Of a stretch of DNA of 64,000 nucleotides, positions 1 through 8,929 are shown one piece after another. The first letter of the stretch is position 1, and every line of letters begins with the position of its first letter. Source of the DNA: Chloroflexota bacterium (GTDB taxonomy: Bacteria > Chloroflexota > Dehalococcoidia > GIF9 > JBFMDU01); assembly GCA_040753815.1 (NCBI GenBank), contig JBFMDU010000005.1, positions 85,350-149,349 of the forward strand, read 5' to 3'. The notes beneath the pieces were generated by a model, which was given only the letters and a program-made list of their open reading frames with translations, had not been told where the DNA came from and ran no database searches. The translations under genes were made by a program, and so were the position numbers.

Positions 1-900
1 ATGGCAATCGGTACACACCGGCTGTTTGATGAAGGCCACTGACGACTGCTCGGCGAGAAGCGTCGTGGTTACGCCATGGAAGTCCTCCAGGTAGGTCTTG
101 GTTACCGCGGTTGAAAGACCATATTTAGACATTAGCTTCTCGTCACCGTGGCACCTGTCGCACAGGGCAGGGATGTTCAGATGAAATGCAACCGTGCGTG
201 GGTCGTAAATGTTGTGCACACCATGGCAATCGGTGCAGACCGGCACATCATTATTGCCTTCCTTGACCAGCGCCGCCCCATGCACGCTCTCACGATACTC
301 CCGGTAAATATCGTCATGACATTTGGCGCAGGTCTGCGAAATACCCCCACGAGACTCACTGGGCCTGGTGACATAATGGGCGCTGTGGCAATCGGTGCAT
401 AGCGCTGACTTAGGATTGCCGGCCTCGAGCACCTTGTAATGAATGCTGTCCAGTGTCCGGGTGTAGTTGGCGAAGTGGCACCGCTTGCAGATCTCATAGT
501 TATCACCGGCATAGTCACGCCGGTCCTGGCTGAAGACCGGCCCGTGCGGTGCCGTCCCATAGCCTCGATGACAATCGGTACAGGTCAGCTTGCCGCCATG
601 CACGGAACTCAGGTAGCGCTCCTGGTCCAGGTCGAGGTCCAGCTTTTCGCCGCCGGAGAATGCTAAAACCAACCCCCGGGAGGCATGGCAAACAAGACAT
701 GCCTTCTCCCCGTCATCCGGAGGCGGTGCTGCCTGAATATAAGGCTCACTCGCAGGCGGACTTGACACTGTCATCGCGGCGGCAGCTAACCCGAACAACA
801 GGCTGGCCATGATGGCTATGGCCCCACCGATCACAAAGAGGAGACCGCGATTACCCGCAAGTCTCCTCCAGACAGTTTTCCCTATATTTGAAAACGACAT
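1..900 (-). CDS. Multiheme c-type cytochrome (N-terminal 300 aa; runs off the window edge)
   Basis: Manual translation from ATG at 900 (MSFSNIGKTVWRRLAGNRGLLFVIGGAIAIMASLLFGLAA...) is open to position 1. It has an N-terminal hydrophobic helix and 8 CxxCH motifs (CLVCH, CTDCH, CKRCH, CTDCH, CAKCH, CTDCH, CDRCH, CTDCH). Absent from the ORF track. Confidence 0.92.
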   Translation of the reverse strand, partial: MSFSNIGKTVWRRLAGNRGLLFVIGGAIAIMASLLFGLAAAAMTVSSPPASEPYIQAAPPPDDGEKACLVCHASRGLVLAFSGGEKLDLDLDQERYLSSVHGGKLTCTDCHRGYGTAPHGPVFSQDRRDYAGDNYEICKRCHFANYTRTLDSIHYKVLEAGNPKSALCTDCHSAHYVTRPSESRGGISQTCAKCHDDIYREYRESVHGAALVKEGNNDVPVCTDCHGVHNIYDPRTVAFHLNIPALCDRCHGDEKLMSKYGLSTAVTKTYLEDFHGVTTTLLAEQSSVAFIKQPVCTDCH

Positions 901-1054
901 TCTATGTTATCCCGATTACCTCATCTCCTCACAACCCTCGAACCCAGCACCCCTGCAGATAAGATACCACGGAAGGGTACCAGTCTGAAATTGTACCTTT
1001 CTCTCGGCAGAATAACAAACATCACAAGGTTCTGGACTTGAGCGCCAGACGCGT

Positions 1055-1360
1055 TCAGGACCGGTGTTTCAATTCGCCGGGCGTCGCCTCTTCTGTTCGC
1101 CGCACAGCCCCACGCACTACCAGCCAACCCTTGCGAACCATCAGACTGCCGCCCAGAACGAAGCCGACCAGCGGCAGGAAGATCAAGTAGGCAAGCCCGA
1201 GGAACGGTGCGGCAACCCCCGCCACCGGCATGCTCAAGTAACTCCTCTTGCTCTCCCCCGGCAGAATGCCTCCTTGCTTAGGGATACGCACCCACTCACC
1301 GGTGGCAAGCCCGACATAGGTTCCTTCCTTAACCTTCTGACCACCACGATGCACTAACAT
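1055..1360 (-). CDS. Small conserved membrane protein upstream of the multiheme cytochrome
   Basis: 101 aa; HRGGQKVKEGTY...GGILPG followed by a hydrophobic APFLGLAYLIFLP segment; co-oriented with the cytochrome. Confidence 0.7.
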   Translation of the reverse strand: MLVHRGGQKVKEGTYVGLATGEWVRIPKQGGILPGESKRSYLSMPVAGVAAPFLGLAYLIFLPLVGFVLGGSLMVRKGWLVVRGAVRRTEEATPGELKHRS

Positions 1361-1439
1361 TATTGTTACCCCCTTTCCATCCCTTCTACCCCCTCATCTA
1401 CCAGCCACATTCTAGACCACGTCCACTCGTCGCAGAATA

Positions 1440-1478
1440 GGTAAACCGCCCTGTTGAACAAGGGTAAACCGCCCTGTT
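1440..1478. promoter_or_regulatory. Tandem 16-bp direct repeat, candidate response-regulator binding site
   Basis: GGTAAACCGCCCTGTT at 1440-1455 and 1463-1478 (23-bp period), between the NarL regulator and the cytochrome operon. Confidence 0.5.
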
Positions 1479-1523
1479 TCAGGGCGCTGTAGCCCGTGGA
1501 GCCGGTGAAGTCCTGCCTGCCGA

Positions 1524-2180
1524 TTACTCTACCCGTATCAGCCCGCGCTTAATGGCGTATTTAATAAGCTCGGTCCGGCTGTGGATGCCGAGCTTTTCCA
1601 TGACATTCTCGCGGTGCCCCATGACTGTCTTCACGCTCAGTGAAAGCATGCTGGCGATGTCTGAGTTGCTGTACCCTTCGGCCACCAGCTTGAGCACCTG
1701 CTTCTCACGGTCGGTAAGCCTTTCATAAGCGTCTTCAGCCTCTGTCAGCTCCTGCCCTTTCAGGTAACCCTCAATGACCGTCCCGGCTATCTGCGGTGAA
1801 AGGAAGGAACTCCCCCTCTGAACCGCCCGAATAGCCGCCACCAGCTCGGTGCCCGCCACTTTCTTGAGCACATAGCCGGAAACACCCGCCTTAAGGAAAC
1901 GGTGGACGTACTCAGGGTCATCATACTGCGTCAGCACCAGCACCTTGGTATCGGGACTGCGCTTGCGTATTTCCAGCGTCGCCTCCAGCCCACCAAGACC
2001 AGGCATGGCAATATCCATGAGCACAATATCCGGAGAAAGCTGGACAACTTTCTCCACAGCCTCCCAACCATCCCCGGCCTCCCCTACCACCTCGATGTCG
2101 TCGTACATCTTGAGAAGACTGCGGATGCCCTCGCGGAGGATAGTGTGGTCGTCGGCTATCAGCACCCTGATTGCGCTCAT
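1524..2180 (-). CDS. NarL/LuxR-family response regulator (REC + HTH_LuxR)
   Basis: IRVLIADDH, DIVLMDIAMPG, LTDREKQVLKLVAEGYSN...KLGIHSRTEL. Confidence 0.95.
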   Translation of the reverse strand: MSAIRVLIADDHTILREGIRSLLKMYDDIEVVGEAGDGWEAVEKVVQLSPDIVLMDIAMPGLGGLEATLEIRKRSPDTKVLVLTQYDDPEYVHRFLKAGVSGYVLKKVAGTELVAAIRAVQRGSSFLSPQIAGTVIEGYLKGQELTEAEDAYERLTDREKQVLKLVAEGYSNSDIASMLSLSVKTVMGHRENVMEKLGIHSRTELIKYAIKRGLIRVE

Positions 2181-4024
2181 CCCGGATCCGTACCTCCCGT
2201 TACCGGCACGCGGACTTTTATCGCCGTGCCGCCTCCCGGTCTAGAGTCTATGGAAAACTTGCCGTTGAGTAAAGACACTCTTTCCTTCATTCCAAGAAGC
2301 CCCAACCCCTGGCCTTTCTCCGATGGTTTAGCCACCTCGAGCGGGTCAAAGCCTTTCCCATCGTCTTCAACATCGACGGCAACCTCGGAAGTCCCGCACT
2401 CAATGCTAAGGACTACGTTTTCCGCCTCAGCGTGCTTGGCGATATTCGTAATCGCCTCCTGGACCACCCTGAACAGCGATGTTTCCACCTGCGGCGGCAG
2501 TCTTTGGTCACTGCCGCTGGACTCTACCCGCACCCTGACTCCAAGCGGCTTAAGTCTCTGTTCCGCGTACCACTTCAAAGCCGGCACCAGCCCCAGGTCA
2601 TCGAGCAGGGCCGGGCGCAGGTCATAAATCATCTGCCGGACGCTGTCGAGCAGTCCGACTGTGACACTCTTCATGAAGGCCAGCCTGGACTTCAGTTTTT
2701 CGTCCAGGTTTACCGTCATAGACGCTGTATCAAGCGATACTACCAACGCCGTGAGCGCCTGGCTGGTCTCGTCGTGCAGTTCCCGGGCGATTCTCCTCCG
2801 CTCATCCTCCTGAGCAGTGATAACCCGATGGAGGAGTTCGCCCTCCATGGCATGCGCCTCCTCAAGCTCACGCGTCCTTTCCCTGACTGTCTGCTCGAGT
2901 TCCCAGTTCCATTGCTGAATCCTTTCAAGGGAAGCTCTCAACTGCTGTCTCATTATGTCGAAATTACGTGCCAGCTCACCAAGTTCGCCCTCCCCGGGAA
3001 CGGGCACCGGATCGTTAAATCTGCCGGCGGCGATTTTCCGTGCCGAATCGGTAAGCTGGACTACCGGCCGTACGATACTGCGTGCCAGCCCCCAGGTGAA
3101 GATAAGACCAACGACAAGTATGGAAATGCCCACCAGGTAGAACTGGCGCTGAAGCGTCTGCGCCGGTACCAACGCCTCGCTCTCGAGTTGACGCACTGCT
3201 ACACCCCACGGTACCAGAAAGACGAATCGTGAGAGCGGGAAGAAAGCAACGATTTCAGCACCAGAAGAGGCCGCACCTTCAACTATCCGCCTCTCGGTCT
3301 CCTGTCTTGCAATCAATGCCGCGAACTCTTCACCCTGCTTGCTCTCCTGAAGGACACGCTCCCGTTTGGTGCTGGCGATAATCACACCCCGACTATCCAC
3401 CAGGTCGGCATACTCGCCACTGCTCCCAAGAGTCGGCAACTGGATGGCCGATTGGAACGAAGGACTTGTCAGGTCGATGTTGCCGACAACCATACCCCCC
3501 AACCTCCCACCCCTGGCCCACGGCATCGCCACCGATACCAGCGGCTCACCGGTCGGCTCCAGGCGATAATATCCCGAGACCACAGGCCGCCGCGTGGCAA
3601 TTGCCTCCCGTATATGTGAATATCCTGTCATGTCCGGCGGCAAGTTCGGACGAGATGGCTCGCTAAGCACCAGTCTGCCGCTCTCATCAAGGAGAAGAAT
3701 GCCGCCGCTGAACGGTGTCTGAAGATACAGGTCATGGACCATACCCTTCAGTTCGGAATCAGTATACTGGCCGGAAGCCAGCGTCAATCCGACCTCATTC
3801 AAGTTCTCAAGGGCGTCCTGAAGTACGTACTGGACATGTCCGGCGGTCGTTTCGGCAAGCCGTAACTGCTGCTGGAGGATATCGTCAACCCGCTCTTTGA
3901 CAGATAGTGTGCCGAATATCCCCAGCGACAGCAACATCAACACCATAGCCGCCATCACCAGAGAAAAGAGCCTTCCCTGCAGACCAAATCTCAATTGCTC
4001 CCCCCATCTGTCATCGTGGCCCAA
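2177..4024 (-). CDS. Membrane sensor histidine kinase (Cache-like, HAMP, HisKA_3, HATPase)
   Basis: Two TM helices, HAMP region, ERRRIARELHDE, EAITNIAKHA, DDGKGF, GLGLLGMKER; 4-bp overlap with the regulator. Confidence 0.95.
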   Translation of the reverse strand: MGHDDRWGEQLRFGLQGRLFSLVMAAMVLMLLSLGIFGTLSVKERVDDILQQQLRLAETTAGHVQYVLQDALENLNEVGLTLASGQYTDSELKGMVHDLYLQTPFSGGILLLDESGRLVLSEPSRPNLPPDMTGYSHIREAIATRRPVVSGYYRLEPTGEPLVSVAMPWARGGRLGGMVVGNIDLTSPSFQSAIQLPTLGSSGEYADLVDSRGVIIASTKRERVLQESKQGEEFAALIARQETERRIVEGAASSGAEIVAFFPLSRFVFLVPWGVAVRQLESEALVPAQTLQRQFYLVGISILVVGLIFTWGLARSIVRPVVQLTDSARKIAAGRFNDPVPVPGEGELGELARNFDIMRQQLRASLERIQQWNWELEQTVRERTRELEEAHAMEGELLHRVITAQEDERRRIARELHDETSQALTALVVSLDTASMTVNLDEKLKSRLAFMKSVTVGLLDSVRQMIYDLRPALLDDLGLVPALKWYAEQRLKPLGVRVRVESSGSDQRLPPQVETSLFRVVQEAITNIAKHAEAENVVLSIECGTSEVAVDVEDDGKGFDPLEVAKPSEKGQGLGLLGMKERVSLLNGKFSIDSRPGGGTAIKVRVPVTGGTDPG

Positions 4025-4108
4025 TTGTAAGTTGTCACCCGTAAGGCGTCAAAGCAGGGCGAATATTGCGCTCACCCATCCCGACAATTCCATAAAATTC
4101 GGCTGGTA

Positions 4109-4124
4109 CATGACCTAAGTCATA
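4109..4124. promoter_or_regulatory. Palindromic box CATGAC-CTAA-GTCATA (variant of the island box)
   Basis: Same GA-N6-TC geometry as the boxes at 36986, 41817, 41863, 43893, 44469 and 45202; upstream of the Zn-ribbon/ferredoxin genes. Confidence 0.45.
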
Positions 4125-4182
4125 TTTCTCCAGGCCGTACAGCTTTAGAATGGGCGCAGAAAAAGTTTGGAGGCCCGGTGAA

Positions 4183-4410
4183 ATGAAATCCTGTTCCGGA
4201 GAAAAAGCCAGACTGCGGCTGGGACTGTACCGCTGTCCGGTCTGCGGCGTACGATTGCAGATATTCTCCGATGAGTCGAGTGTAACCTGTCATAACTGCG
4301 GGATCGCCGTCATCCGGGAACAGGCTGGATGCTGTATGGAATGGTGCGCCTCAGTCCGGGAGTGCCTAGATGAGCGCCAACCCGCAGCATCAAGAACAGA
4401 CAAGAGTTAA
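4183..4410 (+). CDS. Small Cys-rich double Zn-ribbon protein
   Basis: CPVCG...CHNCG...CCMEWCASVREC; paralog of the next gene. Confidence 0.65.
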   Translation: MKSCSGEKARLRLGLYRCPVCGVRLQIFSDESSVTCHNCGIAVIREQAGCCMEWCASVRECLDERQPAASRTDKS

Positions 4411-4421
4411 GGAGGCAAGAA

Positions 4422-4694
4422 ATGTTCGATAAGTGCCCGGGGTCGGGACTGGTAAAGACCCCGACCATCAAGCTCAAGACCTGCCCCCAGTGCGGGGAAA
4501 AAATCGAAATGTTCTCCAACGAACTGCAGGCGCAGTGCCCTAAATGCGGGCTGACCGTTTTTGACGACCTGACCTCATGCGTCCAGTGGTGCAAATGGGC
4601 CGAAGAATGCGTTGGCCCTGAAATGTACCAGAAACTCAAGAAGCAGGCGGCAGAGAAAGCCCAGGCAGAGTCAAAGGGGAAAATTCATAGCTAA
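4422..4694 (+). CDS. Small Cys-rich double Zn-ribbon protein
   Basis: CPG...CPQCGEKIEMFSNE...CPKCG...CVQWCKWAEEC; AGGAGG RBS. Confidence 0.8.
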   Translation: MFDKCPGSGLVKTPTIKLKTCPQCGEKIEMFSNELQAQCPKCGLTVFDDLTSCVQWCKWAEECVGPEMYQKLKKQAAEKAQAESKGKIHS

Positions 4695-4709
4695 TAAGGA
4701 GACCTGCAA

Positions 4710-5447
4710 ATGACGAAAACAGCTACTGCTAAAAAGACGACCCGGAAGATCGTCCATATTGATGAAGAGAAATGTAATGGTTGCGGTGCTTGCATTATTG
4801 CCTGCGCCGAAGGCGCCCTCAAGATTATCGACGGAAAAGCCCGCCTGGTCAGCGATATCTATTGCGACGGCCTGGGAGCCTGTCTCGGTAAGTGCCCTGA
4901 GGACGCCATCACTATCGATGAGAGACCGGCTGAAGAGTTCGATGAAGATGCCGTGAAGCACCATCTGGCCGAGGAGCAAAAGGCGGAGGCCAATCTGCCC
5001 TGCGGCTGTCCCTCAACTGCCGTCCACGAGTTTGACCGCCGCAGTGAAGCTGCTCAACATACCATCCATCACGAGCGCCAGGAATCACGGCTGGCCAACT
5101 GGCCGATCCAGTTGAGGCTGGTGCCGCCGACAGCGCCATTTCTCCAGGGGGCTGACGTACTCCTGGCGGCGCACTGCGCTGCCTTCGCTCACCCGAATTT
5201 CCACTCAGACCTGCTTGACGGGCATGCCCTGCTTATCGCCTGCCCCAAACTCGACGACTTCGAAGGCCACCTGGCCAAGCTCACCCAGGTGCTCAAGCAA
5301 TCGGACGTCAGGAGCGTTACCGTAGCCCATATGGAGGTGCCCTGCTGTTCCGGCCTGGTGCACCTGGCCAAACAGGCAGCTAAGGCCAGCGGCAAGGACA
5401 TCCCGGTCGACGACATCACTATCGGCGTGGAAGGCGAGGTTCTCTGA
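4710..5447 (+). CDS. 2x[4Fe-4S] ferredoxin-domain protein with Cys-rich C-terminal domain
   Basis: CNGCGACIIACAEGA, CDGLGACLGKCP, CGCPS, NWPIQL, IACPKLD, MEVPCC. Confidence 0.88.
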   Translation: MTKTATAKKTTRKIVHIDEEKCNGCGACIIACAEGALKIIDGKARLVSDIYCDGLGACLGKCPEDAITIDERPAEEFDEDAVKHHLAEEQKAEANLPCGCPSTAVHEFDRRSEAAQHTIHHERQESRLANWPIQLRLVPPTAPFLQGADVLLAAHCAAFAHPNFHSDLLDGHALLIACPKLDDFEGHLAKLTQVLKQSDVRSVTVAHMEVPCCSGLVHLAKQAAKASGKDIPVDDITIGVEGEVL

Positions 5448-5474
5448 CACCTCGCTCCACTCTATATATCTGAA

Positions 5475-5509
5475 GGTGCCGCTTCCTTCTGCCACCCGGA
5501 AGCGGCACC
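5475..5509 (+). terminator. Stem-loop, probable terminator
   Basis: 12-bp inverted repeat GGTGCCGCTTCC / GGAAGCGGCACC after the ferredoxin gene. Confidence 0.55.
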
Positions 5510-5756
5510 AGTGTTTTGTCACGCCGAGCACCCTCACTATGTCACCCCACACACCTTTTCCCCCGTACAGCAACTCGGCGTTTCGCACTGCACCGGTTTT
5601 TACGCTTCAGTGCAACTGGCGCAAGAGTTTGGCGACCGCTTCTTCCTCAACAATTCCGGCATCACTATCACCCTGCCCTGACGTGAAAACCACCGCTTGT
5701 GGGCCTATAATAGTGTGGCTTCTAGTCTATTGTTTGTTAAACCCAAGGAGGCAAAC

Positions 5757-5996
5757 ATGTCTCCGCTCAAGCTAAGTGTTGAAGAAATCAAAGCGGCGCG
5801 CATCGTCGGCTACAAAATGCAGATCGTAGCCACCGCTTATGGACAGTACGACGACCGGCCTGTGTTCATCACGCCGGAGTGCGTGACCTTTAACCAGCTT
5901 GAGCGCGAGATAACCAGAATGCAGGACGATTTAAAGAATATACTTGAAGAAGCACGGTCAAAGTTCGACCATCAAGGACAGGACAACCTGCTATGA
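5757..5996 (+). CDS. Hypothetical protein (79 aa)
   Basis: AAGGAGG RBS before ATG 5757; upstream GTGAAA-17-TATAAT (5683-5711). Confidence 0.65.
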   Translation: MSPLKLSVEEIKAARIVGYKMQIVATAYGQYDDRPVFITPECVTFNQLEREITRMQDDLKNILEEARSKFDHQGQDNLL

Positions 5997-6065
5997 GGAG
6001 TACCAACCAAATAGGGCACGGCCCTCTTAATAATGATTTATTCCCCTTCACCGGTTATTAACAAT

Positions 6066-6145
6066 GGAGTCCGAGAGGGGCAGGTCCCCTCTTATTAAAC
6101 CATATTCCCCTTCCCTTGCAACGGAAGGGGACAAAGGAGATCAGG
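6066..6145. repeat. Intergenic REP-like hairpin element (family A)
   Basis: GAGGGG-CAGGT-CCCCTC and CCCCTTCC...GGAAGGGG hairpins; related copies at about 12500-12535, 13157-13194 and 23866-23932. Confidence 0.55.
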
Positions 6146-6146
6146 T

Positions 6147-6704
6147 ATGACTGCTTATTTCAATAACCCGGGCAAGGAGAACACCGCCGAAGCGCTCCGC
6201 ATTGCTAAGGAGCGGGCAACGCAACTCGGCATCAAGAAAATCATCGTGTCCTCAACCACCGGTCCCACGGCACTGGCGGCTATGGAAGCGCTAAAGGGCT
6301 TCCAGGTTATCATTGTAACCCACGAAGCCGGCTTCAAAGAACCGAACACCAGTGAGTTCCCTGAGGATATTCGCCGACAGGTCCAGGAAAAGGGCGGCAC
6401 TGTCATTACTGTCACCCATGCCTTTGGCGGGCTGAGCATGGCCATGCGTAAGAAATTCAATACCCATGTTATCGGCGACATCATTGCCAACACGCTCCGG
6501 ATATTCGGCCAGGGTATGAAGGTCGCCTGCGAAATATTGCTCATGGCGGCTGATGCCGGCGCTGTCCGTACCGACGAGCAGGTTATCTCGATGGGCGGCA
6601 GTAACAGTGGCGTAGACACCGCCATCGTCTGCAGGCCGGTCAATGCCCAGCGTTTCTTCGAGCTAAGGATTCAGGAAATCCTATGCAAGCCGCATTTTAT
6701 GTAG
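6147..6704 (+). CDS. Pyruvate-kinase C-terminal-like domain protein (COG1751/MTH1675 family)
   Basis: YFNNPGKENT, SSTTGPTA, LRIFGQGMKVACEI, DTAIV, EILCKP. Confidence 0.85.
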   Translation: MTAYFNNPGKENTAEALRIAKERATQLGIKKIIVSSTTGPTALAAMEALKGFQVIIVTHEAGFKEPNTSEFPEDIRRQVQEKGGTVITVTHAFGGLSMAMRKKFNTHVIGDIIANTLRIFGQGMKVACEILLMAADAGAVRTDEQVISMGGSNSGVDTAIVCRPVNAQRFFELRIQEILCKPHFM

Positions 6705-6726
6705 CTCATACCAGTGGAGGAATACC

Positions 6727-7296
6727 ATGCCGATTGAAGGCAGAATCGTTTACTTTGAGAAACCGGGCAGACGCAATACTGACGATGTATTGAAAATTGC
6801 CAGAAAGCGCGCCGATGAGCTCGGCATCAAAACAGCCGTTATTGCCTCGGTCACCGGCTACACCGCCGAAAAGGCGCTTGACATCTTCGATGGCATTAAC
6901 GCCGTTATCGTCACCGCCCATACCGGCTTCAGCAAGCCGGACCAGCAGTCATTCTCAGAGGACGTCCGGAGGAAGGCGCTCGCCAAAGGCTGGAAGATAC
7001 TCACCTCTCCCCACGTCTTCGGCGGCCTGAGCTACGCCATGCGCGACTTATACGGTACGGCCACTCTAGGCGTAGATATGGGCAATACCCTGCGCATTCT
7101 GGGTCAGGGAATGAAAGTGGTCTGCGAATGTCCCATGGCCGCCGCCGACGCCGGCCTGGTGCGCACCGACGAGGAGATTGTTTCCATCGGCGGCACCGAC
7201 CAGGGCGCCGACACTGCCGTGGTGTTGAAACCGGTCAACGTCAGGGACTTCTTCAGCCTGCGGGTCAAGGAAATTCTCTGCAAGCCGAGGTTGTAG
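6727..7296 (+). CDS. Second PK_C-like (COG1751) paralog
   Basis: YFEKPGRRNT, ASVTGYTA, LRILGQGMKVVCEC, EILCKP. Confidence 0.85.
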   Translation: MPIEGRIVYFEKPGRRNTDDVLKIARKRADELGIKTAVIASVTGYTAEKALDIFDGINAVIVTAHTGFSKPDQQSFSEDVRRKALAKGWKILTSPHVFGGLSYAMRDLYGTATLGVDMGNTLRILGQGMKVVCECPMAAADAGLVRTDEEIVSIGGTDQGADTAVVLKPVNVRDFFSLRVKEILCKPRL

Positions 7297-7366
7297 TAAT
7301 TAGCCCCACCCTGCCAGATTCCTCAGTAGTTGTGCTCCTTCGGGGTGACAACCAGTCTTGTCTGCT

Positions 7367-7395
7367 TTGATTTTCACCCTTGTCAGCTTTATAAT
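7367..7395 (+). promoter_or_regulatory. Sigma70-type promoter for pdxST
   Basis: TTGATT-17 nt-TATAAT. Confidence 0.55.
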
Positions 7396-7447
7396 GTAGC
7401 TGTTAAAAAGCCCTTTTTAAGGGCTTTGCGGAGGCTTCAGAAACATA

Positions 7448-8329
7448 ATGGAAACCGGTAGCTGGAAAGTTAAGGTCGGCCTGGCGCAAATGCTCAAGGG
7501 CGGCGTCATCATGGACGTCGTCACCCCGGAGCACGCCCGTATTGCTGAAGACGCCGGCGCCTGTGCCGTTATGGCGCTTGAGCGTGTGCCGGCCGATATC
7601 CGCGCCGCCGGCGGTGTTGCCCGCATGGCCGACCCGACCATAATCGAGAACATCAAAAAAACCGTCTCCATCCCGGTCATGGCCAAATGCCGCATCGGTC
7701 ACTTCGTCGAAGCCCAGGTCCTCCAGGCGCTGGGCGTTGACTACATCGACGAGTCCGAGGTGCTGACCCCGGCCGACGAGTCTCATCATGTCTGGAAACA
7801 CGCCTTCAAAGTGCCGTTCGTGTGTGGCTGTCGCGACCTTGGCGAGGCCCTGCGCCGCATCGCTGAAGGCGCCGCCATGATACGCACCAAGGGCGAGGCC
7901 GGCACCGGCAATATTGTCGAAGCCGTGCGCCACATGCGCGCCGTTCAAGACGGCATTCGCCGTCTCAAGTCCCTGCCCGAAGACGAACTGTCTGCCGAGG
8001 CCAAGGCGCTCGGCGCACCGATGGAAATAGTCCTCGAAGTCCACAAGCAGGGAAAACTTACCGTGGTGAACTTCGCCGCCGGCGGTGTGGCCACCCCGGC
8101 TGACGCTGCCTTAATGATGCAATTGGGCGCTGAGGGCGTCTTCGTCGGTTCCGGCATTTTTAAGTCATCCGACCCCGAGGTACGCGCTCGGGCTATCGTT
8201 AAAGCGACTACGCACTACCAGGACCCGGCCGTCATCGCCGAAGTCTCCAAAGGGCTGGGCGAGGCTATGCCCGGTCTCGACGTCAAGACGATGAAGCCCG
8301 ACCAACTGCTTGCCACGCGAGGCTGGTAG
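7448..8329 (+). CDS. pdxS: Pyridoxal 5'-phosphate synthase lyase subunit
   Basis: [58 protein letters not shown]. Confidence 0.98.
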   Translation: METGSWKVKVGLAQMLKGGVIMDVVTPEHARIAEDAGACAVMALERVPADIRAAGGVARMADPTIIENIKKTVSIPVMAKCRIGHFVEAQVLQALGVDYIDESEVLTPADESHHVWKHAFKVPFVCGCRDLGEALRRIAEGAAMIRTKGEAGTGNIVEAVRHMRAVQDGIRRLKSLPEDELSAEAKALGAPMEIVLEVHKQGKLTVVNFAAGGVATPADAALMMQLGAEGVFVGSGIFKSSDPEVRARAIVKATTHYQDPAVIAEVSKGLGEAMPGLDVKTMKPDQLLATRGW

Positions 8330-8332
8330 CGA

Positions 8333-8929
8333 ATGAGAATCGGTGTCCTGGCTCTTCAGGGAGCCTTCGCCGAGCATATCGCCATCCTCTCCCGACTCGG
8401 TGTCGAAACCCTTGAAGTCCGCCTACCCAAGCACCTGGCCAACCTTGACGGTCTTATCATCCCCGGGGGTGAAAGCACCACCATCAGCCGCCTGATGTGG
8501 GAGTACCAGATGGCTGGCCCTATCACCAAGCTCGCCCTGAACGGTATGGCGGTCATGGGGACCTGCGCTGGCATGATTGTCATGGCCGCCAGCGCGGACT
8601 CCCTCGACCGGCCAACTCTCGGCTTGATTAACGTCGCTATAAAGCGCAATGCCTTCGGCCGGCAGGTCGACAGTTTTGAAACCGACCTCAACATCCCGGC
8701 TCTCGGTGCCGAGCCATTCAAGGGTGTCTTTATCCGTGCTCCGGTTGTCACATCGGTTGGACCTGATGTTGAGGTACTGTGCCGGCTATCGACCGGTGAT
8801 ATTGTGGCAGTGCGTCAGGGAAAACACCTCGCTATGGCTTTCCACCCCGAACTTACGGACGATACCCGATTCCACCGCTATTTCATGAACGTGGTCTCAG
8901 GAGCTCTTATTGCAGAAAGTAGTCGTTGA
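8333..8929 (+). CDS. pdxT: PLP synthase glutaminase subunit
   Basis: [43 protein letters not shown]. Confidence 0.97.
   Translation: MRIGVLALQGAFAEHIAILSRLGVETLEVRLPKHLANLDGLIIPGGESTTISRLMWEYQMAGPITKLALNGMAVMGTCAGMIVMAASADSLDRPTLGLINVAIKRNAFGRQVDSFETDLNIPALGAEPFKGVFIRAPVVTSVGPDVEVLCRLSTGDIVAVRQGKHLAMAFHPELTDDTRFHRYFMNVVSGALIAESSR

Noticed and set aside
148-1127. Short ORF-track entries (148-402, 177-560, 439-666, 515-700, 549-812, 921-1127) and the many other antisense or overlapping ORFs in the window
   Set aside because: Shadow frames of well-supported genes, with no motifs or RBS
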